The notes under the pieces are model-generated. The model saw only the letters and a program-made list of their open reading frames with translations, did not search any database and was not told the origin of the DNA. DNA of 64,000 bases from an uncultured Verrucomicrobiae bacterium (GTDB lineage Bacteria; Verrucomicrobiota; Verrucomicrobiia; Limisphaerales; Palsa-1400). Position numbers and translations under genes: made by a program. Shown piece by piece: positions 36,553 through 47,364 of this stretch. Within the stretch, counting starts at the first letter, position 1, and each line of letters opens with the position of its first letter. The stretch covers positions 384,001 to 448,000 of the forward strand of contig CAVXRD010000001.1 of assembly GCA_963764165.1 (NCBI GenBank). Direction: 5' to 3'.

Positions 36553-38035
36553 GGTTCGCGCGAGAAGTTCGAGCTTCTTTCTAACGAGCGCGATGGCGCT
36601 GGCCTGGCTGTTCGTGCTTGGCGGCTGCGAAGTCGGGCCGGATTATCATCGGCCCAGCCCCGGCACGGTTCCTGCCCAGTGGAAAGCAGGGGCGCCGTGG
36701 AAGGAAGGCCAGCCCAGGGACACTGAAATAAAGCCTGATTTTTGGGAGGTGTTCGGCGACGCCACCTTGAGCAGCTTGGAACGCCAGGCGACCACCAACA
36801 GCCCCGATGTGCGAGCCGCCTTTCAACGCATCGAGGAAGCGCGCGCGGTGGCTCGCATCACGCGGGCTGATTTGATGCCGGCCATCACCGGCAATCCCAG
36901 CTACAATAATTCCTATTATTCCATTGGCCGCACGGGCCAGCCAGGGGCCTCTATTCTCGGATACACAGGCGACCAATTCATAATGCCGATGGACATGAGT
37001 TACGAAGTCGACCTTTGGGGGCGCGTTCGCCGGTCATTTCGCGCGGCTCGCGAACAAGCGCAGGCGTCGGCGGCGGATTATCGGACAATTCTCCTTTCGC
37101 TGCAGGCCAGCATTGCCCAGACGTATTTCCAGATTCGCTCCGTCGATCTGAATCGAAGGGTGGTATCGGAATCAATCGATTTGCGGAAAAAGAATCTGTC
37201 ACTCGTCGAGTCGCTCCACAAAGGCGGAGCTGGGAGCGAAGTGGATGTTGCCGAAGCCGAAACGGAACTTGCGTCCGCTGAAGCGCAGTTGATCGGGCTG
37301 AACTTGAATCGCGCCCAATTGGAAAATGCGCTCGGCACGCTTGTTGGCGATCCGGCCACGGTGTTTTCCATGGCGGAAACCAACCGCTTTTACCGTCCTC
37401 CTCCCATTCCGGTGGCGATGCCTTCGGATTTGCTGGAGCGCCGCCCGGACGTCGCCCGCGCCGAGCGCGCCATGGCTGCCGCAAGCGAAAACATCGGGGT
37501 GGCCAAGGCCGCGTATTTTCCGTCGCTTCAGTTGACAGGCGCGGCCGGCACAGAAAGCGTCAATTTGCAGGATCTCTTCACGTGGGAGAATCGATTCTGG
37601 TCGCTTGGCCCGAACATCACCATTCCCATTTTTGAGGGCGGCCGCATAAAATCCGGCGTCCAGCGCGCCAAGGCCGCTTATGAAGAATCCGTGGCGCAAT
37701 ATCGCTCGCAGGTGCTGATCGCGTTTCACGAGGTCGAGGACGGGCTGATCGGATTGAAGCTCTTGAAGAACCAGTTCGACGCGCAAATGCGGGCGGTTAA
37801 CGCCGCCAAGGAAGTCGCCGATCAATCCCGGCTGCGCTACAAGGAAGGCCTGGCCAGCTACATTGAAGTCGTCATCGCGGATCGCACTGTGCTTGATAAC
37901 GAAGTCACCGCCTACGAGCTGAACGGCAATGCGATGGTGACGACGGTTTCGCTGATCAAAGCCCTAGGCGGCGGCTGGAGCACGAACGCCCCGTTCATGG
38001 ACAAGAGCGTGTCGCCGATCGAGAAGGGCAAGTAG
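36545..38035 (+). CDS. Outer membrane efflux lipoprotein (NodT/OprM family)
   Basis: GCEVGPDY lipobox, YEVDLWGRVR, PSDLLERRPDV, LIKALGGGW. Confidence 0.95.
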   Translation: MNEVRARSSSFFLTSAMALAWLFVLGGCEVGPDYHRPSPGTVPAQWKAGAPWKEGQPRDTEIKPDFWEVFGDATLSSLERQATTNSPDVRAAFQRIEEARAVARITRADLMPAITGNPSYNNSYYSIGRTGQPGASILGYTGDQFIMPMDMSYEVDLWGRVRRSFRAAREQAQASAADYRTILLSLQASIAQTYFQIRSVDLNRRVVSESIDLRKKNLSLVESLHKGGAGSEVDVAEAETELASAEAQLIGLNLNRAQLENALGTLVGDPATVFSMAETNRFYRPPPIPVAMPSDLLERRPDVARAERAMAAASENIGVAKAAYFPSLQLTGAAGTESVNLQDLFTWENRFWSLGPNITIPIFEGGRIKSGVQRAKAAYEESVAQYRSQVLIAFHEVEDGLIGLKLLKNQFDAQMRAVNAAKEVADQSRLRYKEGLASYIEVVIADRTVLDNEVTAYELNGNAMVTTVSLIKALGGGWSTNAPFMDKSVSPIEKGK

Positions 38036-38056
38036 GCGTGGCGAACCGAAAAACAC

Positions 38057-38081
38057 GGTAGGGCGAGGCTCTGGACGAGCC
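38057..38081 (+). repeat. REP family C, left of RAYT
   Basis: GGTAGGGCGAGGCTCtggacGAGCC: GTAG tetranucleotide plus hairpin. Confidence 0.85.
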
Positions 38082-38140
38082 ATGCCTTTCTCTGGATTTT
38101 GCGCTGGTCTCCTTTTGACGCTACGCCCTAAAGTGGTTTG

Positions 38141-38614
38141 GTGATCCAGCCGCAACCTCCTGAAAAATCAGCACGCCGCAAACCTGCGGAGGGCGTAATC
38201 AATGATTTCAACCAGCGCACGATGGTCTTAGTGACCGCCTGCATAAAAGATCGCGCACGGTGGCTTGCTTGCGAAGAAGCGCACACGATCCTCGTAGAAA
38301 CGTGGAGATCAGCCACCGCGTGGCTGGTTGGGAATTATGTCTTGATGCCAGACCATTTGCATTTTTTGGCAGCTCCACGCGATTTGTCTTTCACTTTGGA
38401 AAGGTGGAACACCTTTTGGAAGAGTCGTTTCAGCAAAGCGCATCAGCAACGCCATTGGAATTGGCAGTCAAAGGTATTCCACCATCGATTGCGCCGAGAC
38501 GAAAGCTACTCGCAGAAATGGATGTATGTGCAGGAGAACCCGGTGCGGGCAGGATTGGTGAAGGAGATGGGCCAATGGCCGTACCAAGGGGAGGTTCACG
38601 ACTTGCGCTGGTAG
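38141..38614 (+). mobile_element. REP-associated tyrosine transposase (RAYT, IS200/Y1 superfamily)
   Basis: YVLMPDHLH HUH motif, WQ..F.H.LR, Y...NPVRAGLV...WPY; flanked by inverted GTAG REPs. Confidence 0.92.
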
Positions 38615-38621
38615 CGAAGAT

Positions 38622-38646
38622 GGCTCGGCAGGAGCCTCGCCCTACC
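38622..38646 (-). repeat. REP family C, right of RAYT
   Basis: ggctcggcaggagcctcgccctacc, inverted relative to 38057-38081. Confidence 0.85.
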
Positions 38647-38673
38647 GAGCTTTAGTAAAATCGAACGTTTAGC

Positions 38674-39858
38674 CTACAATCCCAATTCGCTCTTCACTTC
38701 ACGGAAGCAGCGAATGGCGAAATCCAAGTCTTCACGCGAGTGCCCCGCGGAAATCTGCGTGCGGATGCGCGCCTTTCCTTGTGGGACGACCGGATATGAA
38801 AAGCCGATGACGTAAACGCCCTTGGCCAGCATCGCTTCCGCGACTTTTCCAGCCAGCGCGGCTTCGCCTAAAATAATCGGAACTATCGGATGCGTTCCCG
38901 GCAAAATATTGTAGCCGACTTTGCTCATCTCTGCGCGGAAGTATTTGGTGTTCTCTTCCAATTTATCGCGCAATTCGGTTGACTGCGAAAGGAGTTCGAT
39001 CGCCTTGAGCGAACCAGCCACGATCGATGGCGCCAAAGTGTTGGAAAACAAATAGGGCCGCGAACGCTGGCGCAAATACTCGATAATCTCGCGCCGTCCG
39101 CTCGTGTAACCACCACTGGCGCCGCCCAGCGCCTTGCCAAACGTGCCGGTCAAAATATCAATGCGGCCCATGACATTGTGGAACTCAGGAGTCCCTTTGC
39201 CATGCTTGCCCATGAAGCCAACGGCGTGGGAATCGTCCACCATGACCAGCGCATTATATTTGTCAGCGAGATCGCAAATGGCGGGAAGATTCGCGATGTA
39301 GCCGTCCATCGAAAACACGCCGTCGGTGGCGATCATGCGGAACCGCGCCGACTTGGCTTCCACCAAACGCGCTTCGAGGTCCGCCATGTCATTATTTTTG
39401 TAGCGATAACGCGTTGCTTTGCAAAGGCGCACACCGTCGATGATGCTGGCGTGGTTCAATTCGTCGGAAATAATCGCGTCCTCAGCGCCTAGAATTGTTT
39501 CGAACAGCCCTCCGTTGGCGTCGAAGCAGGAGCTGTAGAGAATCGTGTCGTCGGTGCCCAAAAAATCACTCAGGTTTTGCTCCAGCTCGCGATGGGGCTG
39601 CTGTGTTCCGCAAATGAAGCGCACAGACGCCAGCCCGTAACCCCACTTGTCAAAACTCTCCTTCGCCGCCGCCAAAATCGCCGGATGCGAGGCGAGCCCA
39701 AGATAGTTGTTTGCGCAAAAATTCAGCACCGGCGCGCCGCCGCTGACCCGCACGCTGGCGGATTGCGGAGTCGTGATCACGCGCTCCGATTTATAAAGCC
39801 CCTGCGCGCGAAGATCGGTGAGTTGGCGCGCCAATTGTTCTTTGACTAGTCCGTACAT
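38674..39858 (-). CDS. kbl: Glycine C-acetyltransferase (2-amino-3-ketobutyrate CoA ligase)
   Basis: [51 protein letters not shown]. Confidence 0.96.
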   Translation of the reverse strand: MYGLVKEQLARQLTDLRAQGLYKSERVITTPQSASVRVSGGAPVLNFCANNYLGLASHPAILAAAKESFDKWGYGLASVRFICGTQQPHRELEQNLSDFLGTDDTILYSSCFDANGGLFETILGAEDAIISDELNHASIIDGVRLCKATRYRYKNNDMADLEARLVEAKSARFRMIATDGVFSMDGYIANLPAICDLADKYNALVMVDDSHAVGFMGKHGKGTPEFHNVMGRIDILTGTFGKALGGASGGYTSGRREIIEYLRQRSRPYLFSNTLAPSIVAGSLKAIELLSQSTELRDKLEENTKYFRAEMSKVGYNILPGTHPIVPIILGEAALAGKVAEAMLAKGVYVIGFSYPVVPQGKARIRTQISAGHSREDLDFAIRCFREVKSELGL

Positions 39859-39918
39859 ATTTAAATTAACGTGGACGAAATCCTGCAACGATGCGCCCGA
39901 ATGTCAAAGTGTTTTCCA

Positions 39919-40017
39919 AGGGACGCCTCGCCGAGGCGTCCGGGGTGAGGCGTTGTTCACGCGCAGACCGTGGAATTAATCCCGCGCAACCGGACGCCTC
40001 GGCGAGGCGTCCCTACC
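39919..40017. repeat. REP family B inverted pair
   Basis: agggacgcctcgccgaggcgtccggggtgagg ... cggacgcctcggcgaggcgtccctacc. Confidence 0.88.
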
Positions 40018-40080
40018 TTTATTGGAATGTCCCCAGAATTTGCGATTTGACCGCGCCGCGCCGCCGATTAACATCGCCCC

Positions 40081-41031
40081 GTGAGTGTATTGTTTATCGG
40101 TTTGGCCACTGCCGCGCTTCTTGGGACTTCCGCGGATGCTGCAAGCAATTCCGTTTCAGCCAGCGGCGGCGTCGCCATTTCTTCCATCAACACCAACGAT
40201 CCCGTCGAGCGGGAATTCCGCAAAGTCATGGTTGACGATGACGACGCGGAAAAAGAAATCCTCGGCTGGATGGACAGCGCCGAAAATTTTGACAAGTCCG
40301 GCGGAAAATCTTCCCCCGTGACGCTGAACTTGCGCATCCAGCAGAAGCTCGACGGTATCAAACGGGAGTATCAGGATTTTGTTGACCGCCATCCCGAGCA
40401 TGTCAACGCGCATCTGGCTTTCGGCAGTTTCCTGAATGACAACAACGACGATATCGGCGCATTGCTGCAATGGGAGAAGGCGCGTGATCTGGCCCCCACC
40501 AACCCAGCGCCGTGGAATGATCTCGGCAATTATTATGCGCAGCCTGGCCGCCAGGTGCAAAAAGCGTTCGAGGCTTATGGCAGAGCAATTGATTTGAATT
40601 CGAACCAGCCGGTTTATTACCATAATCTGGCCGCTGCGATTTACCTGTTCCGCAGTGAAGCGGCGGAATACTACCACATCGATGCGACCCAGGCTTTCGA
40701 AAAAGCGCTGACTCTCTACCAGAGCGCCATAAAGCTGGATCCGCGGAATTTCATTCTCGCCACCGATTACGCGGAAGCTTTTTACGGCATCAATCCTCCG
40801 CGGTTGCAGGAAGGCTTGGCCGCATGGGAGAACGCCTTGAAACTCGCTCCCGCCGAAACCGAACGCGAGGGCGTGTTTCTGCACTTGAGCCGCATCCATT
40901 TGCAACTCGGCCAGCTTGAGCAGGCGCGGTCAAATTTGAATCTTGTCACCAACGCCAATTACGCGGAGTTGAAGGCCAATCTGTCAAATAAACTCGCCAA
41001 AGCACAGCAGTTGGAGAAGAAGACCCAATAA
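40081..41031 (+). CDS. Exported TPR protein
   Basis: Signal peptide and several TPR-like repeats (A..L.P.N...WN.LG, AI.L.P.N). Confidence 0.82.
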   Translation: MSVLFIGLATAALLGTSADAASNSVSASGGVAISSINTNDPVEREFRKVMVDDDDAEKEILGWMDSAENFDKSGGKSSPVTLNLRIQQKLDGIKREYQDFVDRHPEHVNAHLAFGSFLNDNNDDIGALLQWEKARDLAPTNPAPWNDLGNYYAQPGRQVQKAFEAYGRAIDLNSNQPVYYHNLAAAIYLFRSEAAEYYHIDATQAFEKALTLYQSAIKLDPRNFILATDYAEAFYGINPPRLQEGLAAWENALKLAPAETEREGVFLHLSRIHLQLGQLEQARSNLNLVTNANYAELKANLSNKLAKAQQLEKKTQ

Positions 41032-41076
41032 GACGATTGGCGAGAATCTCGCAAGATGCCGAAGTCGTTTGACGGT

Positions 41077-41715
41077 TCACCCAAGCTGTTTTTTCAGAAA
41101 ACTCAATGCACCCGCAGCCCCAGGCTCGTCCCATTTCGGTGATGACAAAAGCTTGCGGAGCGCCTCCTCCTTTTGCTCCCTGCTTTTGCGATTGTAACGG
41201 ACTGCCGACCAGTCACAATTCTCAAGACAATACCGCACGTACGACTCCGTTCCATTTGTATCCCACATCCCCATATAGACGTATCCCGCGACAATGAGAA
41301 ATGGAACCCCATCCACGACTTCAATCGGCTCAAGTGGCCATACTCTCGAAGACGGCGCCACGTTTCCGATCCTACCGCCATTCCAAAACAACATCTGACC
41401 AATTGGCGGACTCTTGAACAGCGTGCCTGGTTTCTGTGCAAAAAGCATTCGGCACAGAATCGCGATCTTCGTCCGTTCATCAAGTTCGTACGGGGCGTTC
41501 AACTCGGAATCCCGCGCCAGCACGAGGAGTTGGCGGCCGGCCTCTGGTTTGCCAAGAGACTGGAGTTTTGCGGCAGCCTCGATATAAGGGTCTATCTTAA
41601 AATCGGATGGCAGTCCGCCTAGAGAAAACTTCTCCGCTGCACGATTATAGTCCTTGGAGCACCCAGTGACTACAAGCATCGCCATCAAGAGCATCTGCAT
41701 TGCCAGCGCGCCCAT
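41077..41715 (-). CDS. Hypothetical lipoprotein
   Basis: VTGC lipobox after hydrophobic stretch; visibly more AT-rich than neighbours. Confidence 0.65.
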   Translation of the reverse strand: MGALAMQMLLMAMLVVTGCSKDYNRAAEKFSLGGLPSDFKIDPYIEAAAKLQSLGKPEAGRQLLVLARDSELNAPYELDERTKIAILCRMLFAQKPGTLFKSPPIGQMLFWNGGRIGNVAPSSRVWPLEPIEVVDGVPFLIVAGYVYMGMWDTNGTESYVRYCLENCDWSAVRYNRKSREQKEEALRKLLSSPKWDEPGAAGALSFLKKQLG

Positions 41716-41724
41716 ACATTCATC

Positions 41725-42669
41725 CTAATGATGTCCGCAGCAAGAACCGTCGGCACGGTGGACATGCTGCCCGCCCGGGCGCGGCAAGGCATGGACGATG
41801 ATGAACAGCGCGGCTACCGGAACCGCTATCGGACTCAGCACCACTGTCAATACTCCAAACGCAATCCTCCCCGCCCTGCCCGATCTCGATTCGACGTGGT
41901 TGAATTTTTCCATGCGGTTCGCGAACGGCGAACGCCACAATATCCAATATGTTTTCCACGCCTCGGCAAATCGTGAACCAAAGCCCTTCTTCTTGACGCC
42001 TGCGGAGCTAGATTTCACCGCACCCGGGATGTAAACGAAGGTTGGAATGCGCCCAATATCCTCGTAAGTTTCAACGCTCTCGGAAAGCGGCAGCGGCTCC
42101 ACAAACTCGATGTCGCGGCGGGCGGCATCTGTCAACAATAGGTATTGATTCGCCTTGACCGAGTTCTTCAGCAGCCGGTGCACGGCGATAACGTCGACTC
42201 CGGCCAGTTCCTGGAAATTGAAAACGCGATGGAACAGCGCTTCTCCGCTGTGAACAACCACTTTCAACTGCAGCCGCTTGATATTCGAACACGCTTTGCA
42301 TTCGCACGTCGTCGAGGCGCTCAGCTCGCTGACGCGGGCGCTGAACATGCCGAACAGCTTCAGGAGGTTTTGGCCGATGGTTCGTTTCGCCTCCCCCCAG
42401 GGCCGCGCTAGATTTTGTTTGCGGCAATAAAAAAAGACCGCGTCCCCTTCCAGCTTCGCCACTTCCAGCGGCAGCTCGATTTCTCTGATGATCGTCTTGA
42501 TCAGCTCGGTGATGATCGACTGGCTGTGGGCCAATGTTTTCGCATTGGCCGTCATGTAACTCGTGTAGCCGCTGATATCGGCGATGATGAGCATCACCGG
42601 CTCCGGTGTTCCTTCAGCGGCTGCCGCAGGAGTGGGGCCGGCCGCGATGTTTTGCGTTGCAAAAGCCAT
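41725..42669 (-). CDS. DUF2652-like protein (nucleotidyl-cyclase-like fold)
   Basis: IADISGYT, KLEGDA.FFY, CECKAC, LKVVVHSGE, GVDVIAVHRLLKN. Confidence 0.8.
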   Translation of the reverse strand: MAFATQNIAAGPTPAAAAEGTPEPVMLIIADISGYTSYMTANAKTLAHSQSIITELIKTIIREIELPLEVAKLEGDAVFFYCRKQNLARPWGEAKRTIGQNLLKLFGMFSARVSELSASTTCECKACSNIKRLQLKVVVHSGEALFHRVFNFQELAGVDVIAVHRLLKNSVKANQYLLLTDAARRDIEFVEPLPLSESVETYEDIGRIPTFVYIPGAVKSSSAGVKKKGFGSRFAEAWKTYWILWRSPFANRMEKFNHVESRSGRAGRIAFGVLTVVLSPIAVPVAALFIIVHALPRPGGQHVHRADGSCCGHH

Positions 42670-42672
42670 GAA

Positions 42673-45513
42673 TTAAGCCGACGCGATCAATTGCCGGAGC
42701 ACGAACGGCAAAATGCCGCCATGCTGGTAGTAATCGATTTCAATCGGCGTATCGATGCGGCAAGTTACGGCAACATTCTCCATTTTGCCATCGGCGCGAT
42801 GGATTACCAGCGTCACGTCCTGCTGCGGCTTCAATTGCTCGCCGAGGCCGGCAACATCAAACGTCTCCGTGCCGTCCAGTTTCAAGGTCTGCGCGGTAAC
42901 GCCTTCCTTGAATTGCAGCGGGAGCACGCCCATGCCGACGAGGTTGGAGCGATGAATGCGCTCGAAACTCTGCGCGACCACCGCCTTCACGCCAAGCAGG
43001 CGCGTTCCCTTGGCCGCCCAATCGCGCGAACTGCCGGTGCCGTATTCCTGCCCCGCCAGAATGATCAAGGGCGTGCCGGCCTGCACATACTTCATCGCCG
43101 CGTCAAAGATGCTCATGGCTTCGCCGGACGGCTGGAATTTCGTCACGCCGCCTTCGGTGCCCGGCACCATCAGGTTCTTGATGCGGACATTCGCGAACGT
43201 GCCGCGCGTCATCACGCGATCATTGCCGCGGCGCGATCCGTAACTGTTGAAGTCGACATAATTGACGCCGTTCTCGATCAGATATTGCCCGGCCGGCGAC
43301 GTCTTCTTGATGCTGCCCGCGGGCGAAATGTGATCGGTGGTCACACTGTCGCCGAAAATCCCGAGCGGACGCGCGCCTTTGATTTCCGCAATGGGCGAGG
43401 TCTGCAAGCCGAAATTCACGAAGAACGGAGGCTCCTGAATGTAAGTGCTTTTCGGATCCCACTGGTAAGTCTGGCCGACGCTCGACGGAATTTCGTTCCA
43501 CTTCGGATTCTGCGCCGCAAAGTCGCGGTAAAGCGCGCTGAACACTTCCGGCTTGAGCGCCGATTTCATCGCATCGCGAACCTCCTCCTGCGAAGGCCAG
43601 ATGTCCTTGAGATACACGTCGCCATTCGTGCCTTTGCCAATCGGCTCTGTTGTCAAATTAACGGTAACGCGGCCGGCCAGCGCAAACGCAACGACCAAAG
43701 GCGGCGACATCAGGAAATTCGCCTTGATGTTTTGATGCACGCGCGCCTCGAAATTCCGGTTGCCCGAAAGCACCGATGCGGCAATGACGTCGTTCTTGAC
43801 GACCGCCTCTTCAATCGGCGCCGCCAGCGGGCCGGAGTTGCCAATGCACGTCGTGCAGCCGTAACCGACGAGATTGAAGCCGAGCTTGTCCAGCGGCTCC
43901 TGCAATCCCGTCTTGTTCAAATAATCCGTCACCACCCGCGATCCAGGCGCGAGGGAGGACTTCACAAGCGGATGCGGTTTGAGTCCGGCGGCCACTGCTT
44001 TTTTCGCGAGCAAACCGGCCGCGAGCATGACGGACGGATTGCTCGTATTGGTGCAGCTCGTAATGGCCGCGATCAAAACATCGGCGTGATGAATTTCACC
44101 GCCGGACGAGCCGACGCCCTCCGTCACATCCGGACTCGGGCGGTTGTTGGCCATTTCCGCCTCGGTTTGCGGATTGGTGCTCATCTTCAGAGAATGCTCA
44201 CGCGAGACCGGCTCCTGGCTGCCGCCACCGGATGCGGACTCTCCATTGGCCGCCACCGGGAAAGACTTGCCCAAATCCTCCGCCGCTTTGCCAAATCCGC
44301 TCTCGGTCACCGGCTTGGAAAACGCCTTCGTGAATTCGTCCTTCAATTTGCTCAACTCAATGCGATCCTGCGGGCGCTTCGGCCCGGCCACGCTCGGCAC
44401 AACCGTCGCGAGGTCCAATTCCAAATCTGTCGAGTAGCTGATGTCGCCCTTCTTGGGCATGCCGAACAATCCCTGCGCTTTGAAATAATTCTCGTAGAGG
44501 CGGCAATGCTCTTCGCTGCGGCCGGTTTGGCGCAAGTATTCAACGCATTCGCCGTCGATGGGAAAGAAGCCCATCGTCGCGCCGTATTCGGGAGCCATAT
44601 TGGCAATCGTCGACCGATCCACCACCGCCAGCGCCGCCGCGCCGGGTCCGTAAAATTCCACGAACTTTCCGACCACCTTCGCCTTGCGCAGCATCTGCGT
44701 CACCGTCAAGGCCAGGTCCGTCGCTGTCACGCCCGCCTTCAATGCGCCTGTCAAATGAACGCCCACCACGTCCGGTGTCAGAAAGTAAACAGGCTGCCCG
44801 AGCATTCCCGCCTCCGCCTCAATGCCGCCCACGCCCCAGCCAACGATACCGAGGCCGTTGATCATCGTCGTGTGCGAATCCGTCCCGACCAGCGTGTCCG
44901 GGTAATAAACCGGCGGCTGCGAGCACAAAACGCCTTTGGCCAGGTATTCGAGATTCACCTGGTGCACAATGCCGATGCCGGGCGGGACGACCTTGAAGGT
45001 GTCGAACGCCTGCATACCCCATTTCAAAAATTGGTACCGCTCGCGATTGCGCGAAAACTCCATGTCCAGATTGCGCGCCATCGAGTCGGCAGCCCCCGCG
45101 AAATCCACCTGCACGGAGTGGTCGACGACCAAATCCACAGGCACCAGGGGTTCGATGATTTTTGGATTTTTGCCGAGCGTCACCGCCGCGGACCGCATCG
45201 CCGCCAAATCCACCAGCAGCGGGACGCCGGTGAAATCCTGCAAAACAATGCGGGCGACGATGAACGGAATCTCCTGCGTGCGGGGGGCATTGGGCTGCCA
45301 TTGCGCCAATTCGCGGACGTTGGTTTCAGAAACTTTCTTGCCATCGAAATTGCGCAGCACCGATTCCAGCACGATGCGAATGGAAACCGGCAGTTTGGAA
45401 ATCGGGCCGACACCGGCTTGTTCGAGAGCGGGCAGCGAGTAGAGTTGGCCTGTCTGTCCGTCACCCCGGTCAAAGTCTTTAAGGGTGTTGAATAAATTAT
45501 GTGTGTTGCTCAT
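42673..45513 (-). CDS. acnA: Aconitate hydratase A
   Basis: [58 protein letters not shown]. Confidence 0.98.
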   Translation of the reverse strand: MSNTHNLFNTLKDFDRGDGQTGQLYSLPALEQAGVGPISKLPVSIRIVLESVLRNFDGKKVSETNVRELAQWQPNAPRTQEIPFIVARIVLQDFTGVPLLVDLAAMRSAAVTLGKNPKIIEPLVPVDLVVDHSVQVDFAGAADSMARNLDMEFSRNRERYQFLKWGMQAFDTFKVVPPGIGIVHQVNLEYLAKGVLCSQPPVYYPDTLVGTDSHTTMINGLGIVGWGVGGIEAEAGMLGQPVYFLTPDVVGVHLTGALKAGVTATDLALTVTQMLRKAKVVGKFVEFYGPGAAALAVVDRSTIANMAPEYGATMGFFPIDGECVEYLRQTGRSEEHCRLYENYFKAQGLFGMPKKGDISYSTDLELDLATVVPSVAGPKRPQDRIELSKLKDEFTKAFSKPVTESGFGKAAEDLGKSFPVAANGESASGGGSQEPVSREHSLKMSTNPQTEAEMANNRPSPDVTEGVGSSGGEIHHADVLIAAITSCTNTSNPSVMLAAGLLAKKAVAAGLKPHPLVKSSLAPGSRVVTDYLNKTGLQEPLDKLGFNLVGYGCTTCIGNSGPLAAPIEEAVVKNDVIAASVLSGNRNFEARVHQNIKANFLMSPPLVVAFALAGRVTVNLTTEPIGKGTNGDVYLKDIWPSQEEVRDAMKSALKPEVFSALYRDFAAQNPKWNEIPSSVGQTYQWDPKSTYIQEPPFFVNFGLQTSPIAEIKGARPLGIFGDSVTTDHISPAGSIKKTSPAGQYLIENGVNYVDFNSYGSRRGNDRVMTRGTFANVRIKNLMVPGTEGGVTKFQPSGEAMSIFDAAMKYVQAGTPLIILAGQEYGTGSSRDWAAKGTRLLGVKAVVAQSFERIHRSNLVGMGVLPLQFKEGVTAQTLKLDGTETFDVAGLGEQLKPQQDVTLVIHRADGKMENVAVTCRIDTPIEIDYYQHGGILPFVLRQLIASA

Positions 45514-45790
45514 ATGTAATCGCCCCGCAACATAAGTCCCAAATGGAAAAGGCTAAAGGCTAAAATTTCTTCGTGTCGTTGCCTTGCTGTAAAAAGTCCG
45601 TTATCTTCAACGTCCGCATTCAACGTCCGCAAACTCAGCTTGCCGACGACGTGGTGCGCATGGTCCTCGCCGGGAGTGACCGGGAACGCCAAGAGGATTG
45701 AACAACAAGCCCACACGAAGCGCCCGAGGCGAGCGCCGTCAGAAATACGCGCGCGATGCAATAGAGGGCGCTTTCATTGCAGGGCACACT

Positions 45791-46041
45791 TCAATAATCG
45801 CCCCGAGAATCCCGCCAAAGCCTCCTCGTTGCCTTGTTGGAAATAACTTTGCGGCCAAACACTCTCTTCAACCGGCCCGCGATATCTGGCATTCGCGAAT
45901 CGTCTGTTTTGTCCGCGCACACTGGCAGCAACCGGGCCACCCTGAGACGTATATCGTGATCGCAACTTCCTCTCCGTTGCCAACCCAATCCAGAATGCGA
46001 TTGAAATTCCGCCGCATATCGCGGACCGATGCCGTCTTCAT
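45791..46041 (-). pseudogene. Frameshifted Phd/YefM antitoxin; cognate toxin lost
   Basis: MKTASVRDMRRNFNRILDWVGNGEEVAIT continues in another frame as RLRVARLLP...RMPDIAGRLKRVFG...RGDY*; shift at tatat ~45950-45954. Confidence 0.75.
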
Positions 46042-46157
46042 TTGCTCCAAATCGTGCCGCAAATCTCTCCGAGGCAAAAGCCGAAAGTCGGCAGAAACGC
46101 TCTCATTGCGGTTGAATCTTACGCGATAATAGACTCACGCTATTCCGTCGCGAGAAT

Positions 46158-47189
46158 CTACGCTTTTAAATCTGATCTAAAATCGGCGGGAGGCACAATC
46201 ACACTCGACGCTTCGATTCGGATATAATGGAGAATCACGGGGGCGAGCACCATTCCCGTTATTCCCATTAAGCGCTCGCCCAATACCAATGCCACCAAGG
46301 TCAGCCAAATGGAGGTGTGGATTTTGGAGCCGATGATTTTGCTGTTTAGAAAATACTCGAGCTTGTGCACCACCACCAGGAAGGCCAGCGCCCATAGTCC
46401 CGCAGTCGGCGAGACGAGAAAACCCAGCGCAACCACGATGGCGTTGCTGATCAAGTTGCCGATCACGGGCAGGAATCCGCATAGAAACGTCACGCCGATG
46501 GCCACCACGACATGGGGAAGATGCATGACCAATACGAAAATCGCAGTGAGTGCGGTGTTGATGGCGGAGATGGTGATTTGCGCGTTCATCACCATGGCGA
46601 AGCTTTTGTAAAATGCCGCAAAGCGCTTGCTAATCTCCGCGCAGCACAGGGAATACAAATTGTTCGCGGGCGTTCCGTCAGGCGGGGCCAATTCCAATTG
46701 CGGATGCAGATATATTCCGATCGCCACAAGAACGCCGATGGCCACATCAATGAATTCGGCGGTTGCGCCGCGGGCGGCGTCGGCAAAGGCGCCGAGGTTG
46801 TGCGCCTGGCTTTCGGCGAAATCTTTCGCCTTGTCCTTCAACCCCTCCAAATCGGTGAACGGCAGCTTGATTTGATGCTCGTCCGCCCATTTCACAATGG
46901 CCGGCACCGCTCGATTGGCAATGTCCGGCAACGCATGAATGGTGGCGTGGATAAGATGCGTGAGCGCGTAGCCAATCGCCGCAATCAGCAGAATAAAAAT
47001 GCCGATGGCAACCCACTTGGCGCCCGGCTTGACAAAGTCAAACTTCGTCAAGATGAAATACGAAAACAGGATCGCCAGCAGCATCGCGCCCAGATGCAGC
47101 ACTCCTGCCAATACCAGCACCAGCATTATGAAGACGAAGGAGACGCGGCGGCTCAGCATAAGGAATGGGCGCTCCTTCGGTTCGGGCAT
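46158..47189 (-). CDS. AI-2E family transporter
   Basis: AQITISAIN, GFLPVIGN, H.LEY.L..KIIG, ER.MGI.G.VLAP. Confidence 0.88.
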   Translation of the reverse strand: MPEPKERPFLMLSRRVSFVFIMLVLVLAGVLHLGAMLLAILFSYFILTKFDFVKPGAKWVAIGIFILLIAAIGYALTHLIHATIHALPDIANRAVPAIVKWADEHQIKLPFTDLEGLKDKAKDFAESQAHNLGAFADAARGATAEFIDVAIGVLVAIGIYLHPQLELAPPDGTPANNLYSLCCAEISKRFAAFYKSFAMVMNAQITISAINTALTAIFVLVMHLPHVVVAIGVTFLCGFLPVIGNLISNAIVVALGFLVSPTAGLWALAFLVVVHKLEYFLNSKIIGSKIHTSIWLTLVALVLGERLMGITGMVLAPVILHYIRIEASSVIVPPADFRSDLKA

Positions 47190-47206
47190 GGCGAGACCCA
47201 AGACGA

Positions 47207-47309
47207 AGCGCGGCTGTGTCTAGGACCAGCCGCAGCTTTGCCCAAATCAATTCCCGCTTCTCTCCGCTTTGACACGGCTGCGGCTGGTCTTCGACACAGC
47301 CGCGCTCCG
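47207..47309. repeat. REP family A inverted pair
   Basis: 47207-47236 and inverted copy 47277-47309. Confidence 0.85.
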
Positions 47310-47364
47310 GCAGAGAAGCGTGCAAAGATCAAGCAAAGCATGGCCGGCTTGTTCCTCCACCTGA

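Noticed and set aside
42415..45495. 1026-aa plus-strand ORF
   Set aside because: Antisense shadow of acnA; Arg/His-rich with no motifs, expected from GC-rich codon bias
45636..45735. 6S or SRP RNA
   Set aside because: Only a loose hairpin; lacks the SRP GGAA/AGCAG motif and a convincing 6S central bubble
45510..45761. 83-aa ORF as the VapC partner of the Phd pseudogene
   Set aside because: No D-T-S/N start motif or conserved acidic PIN residues
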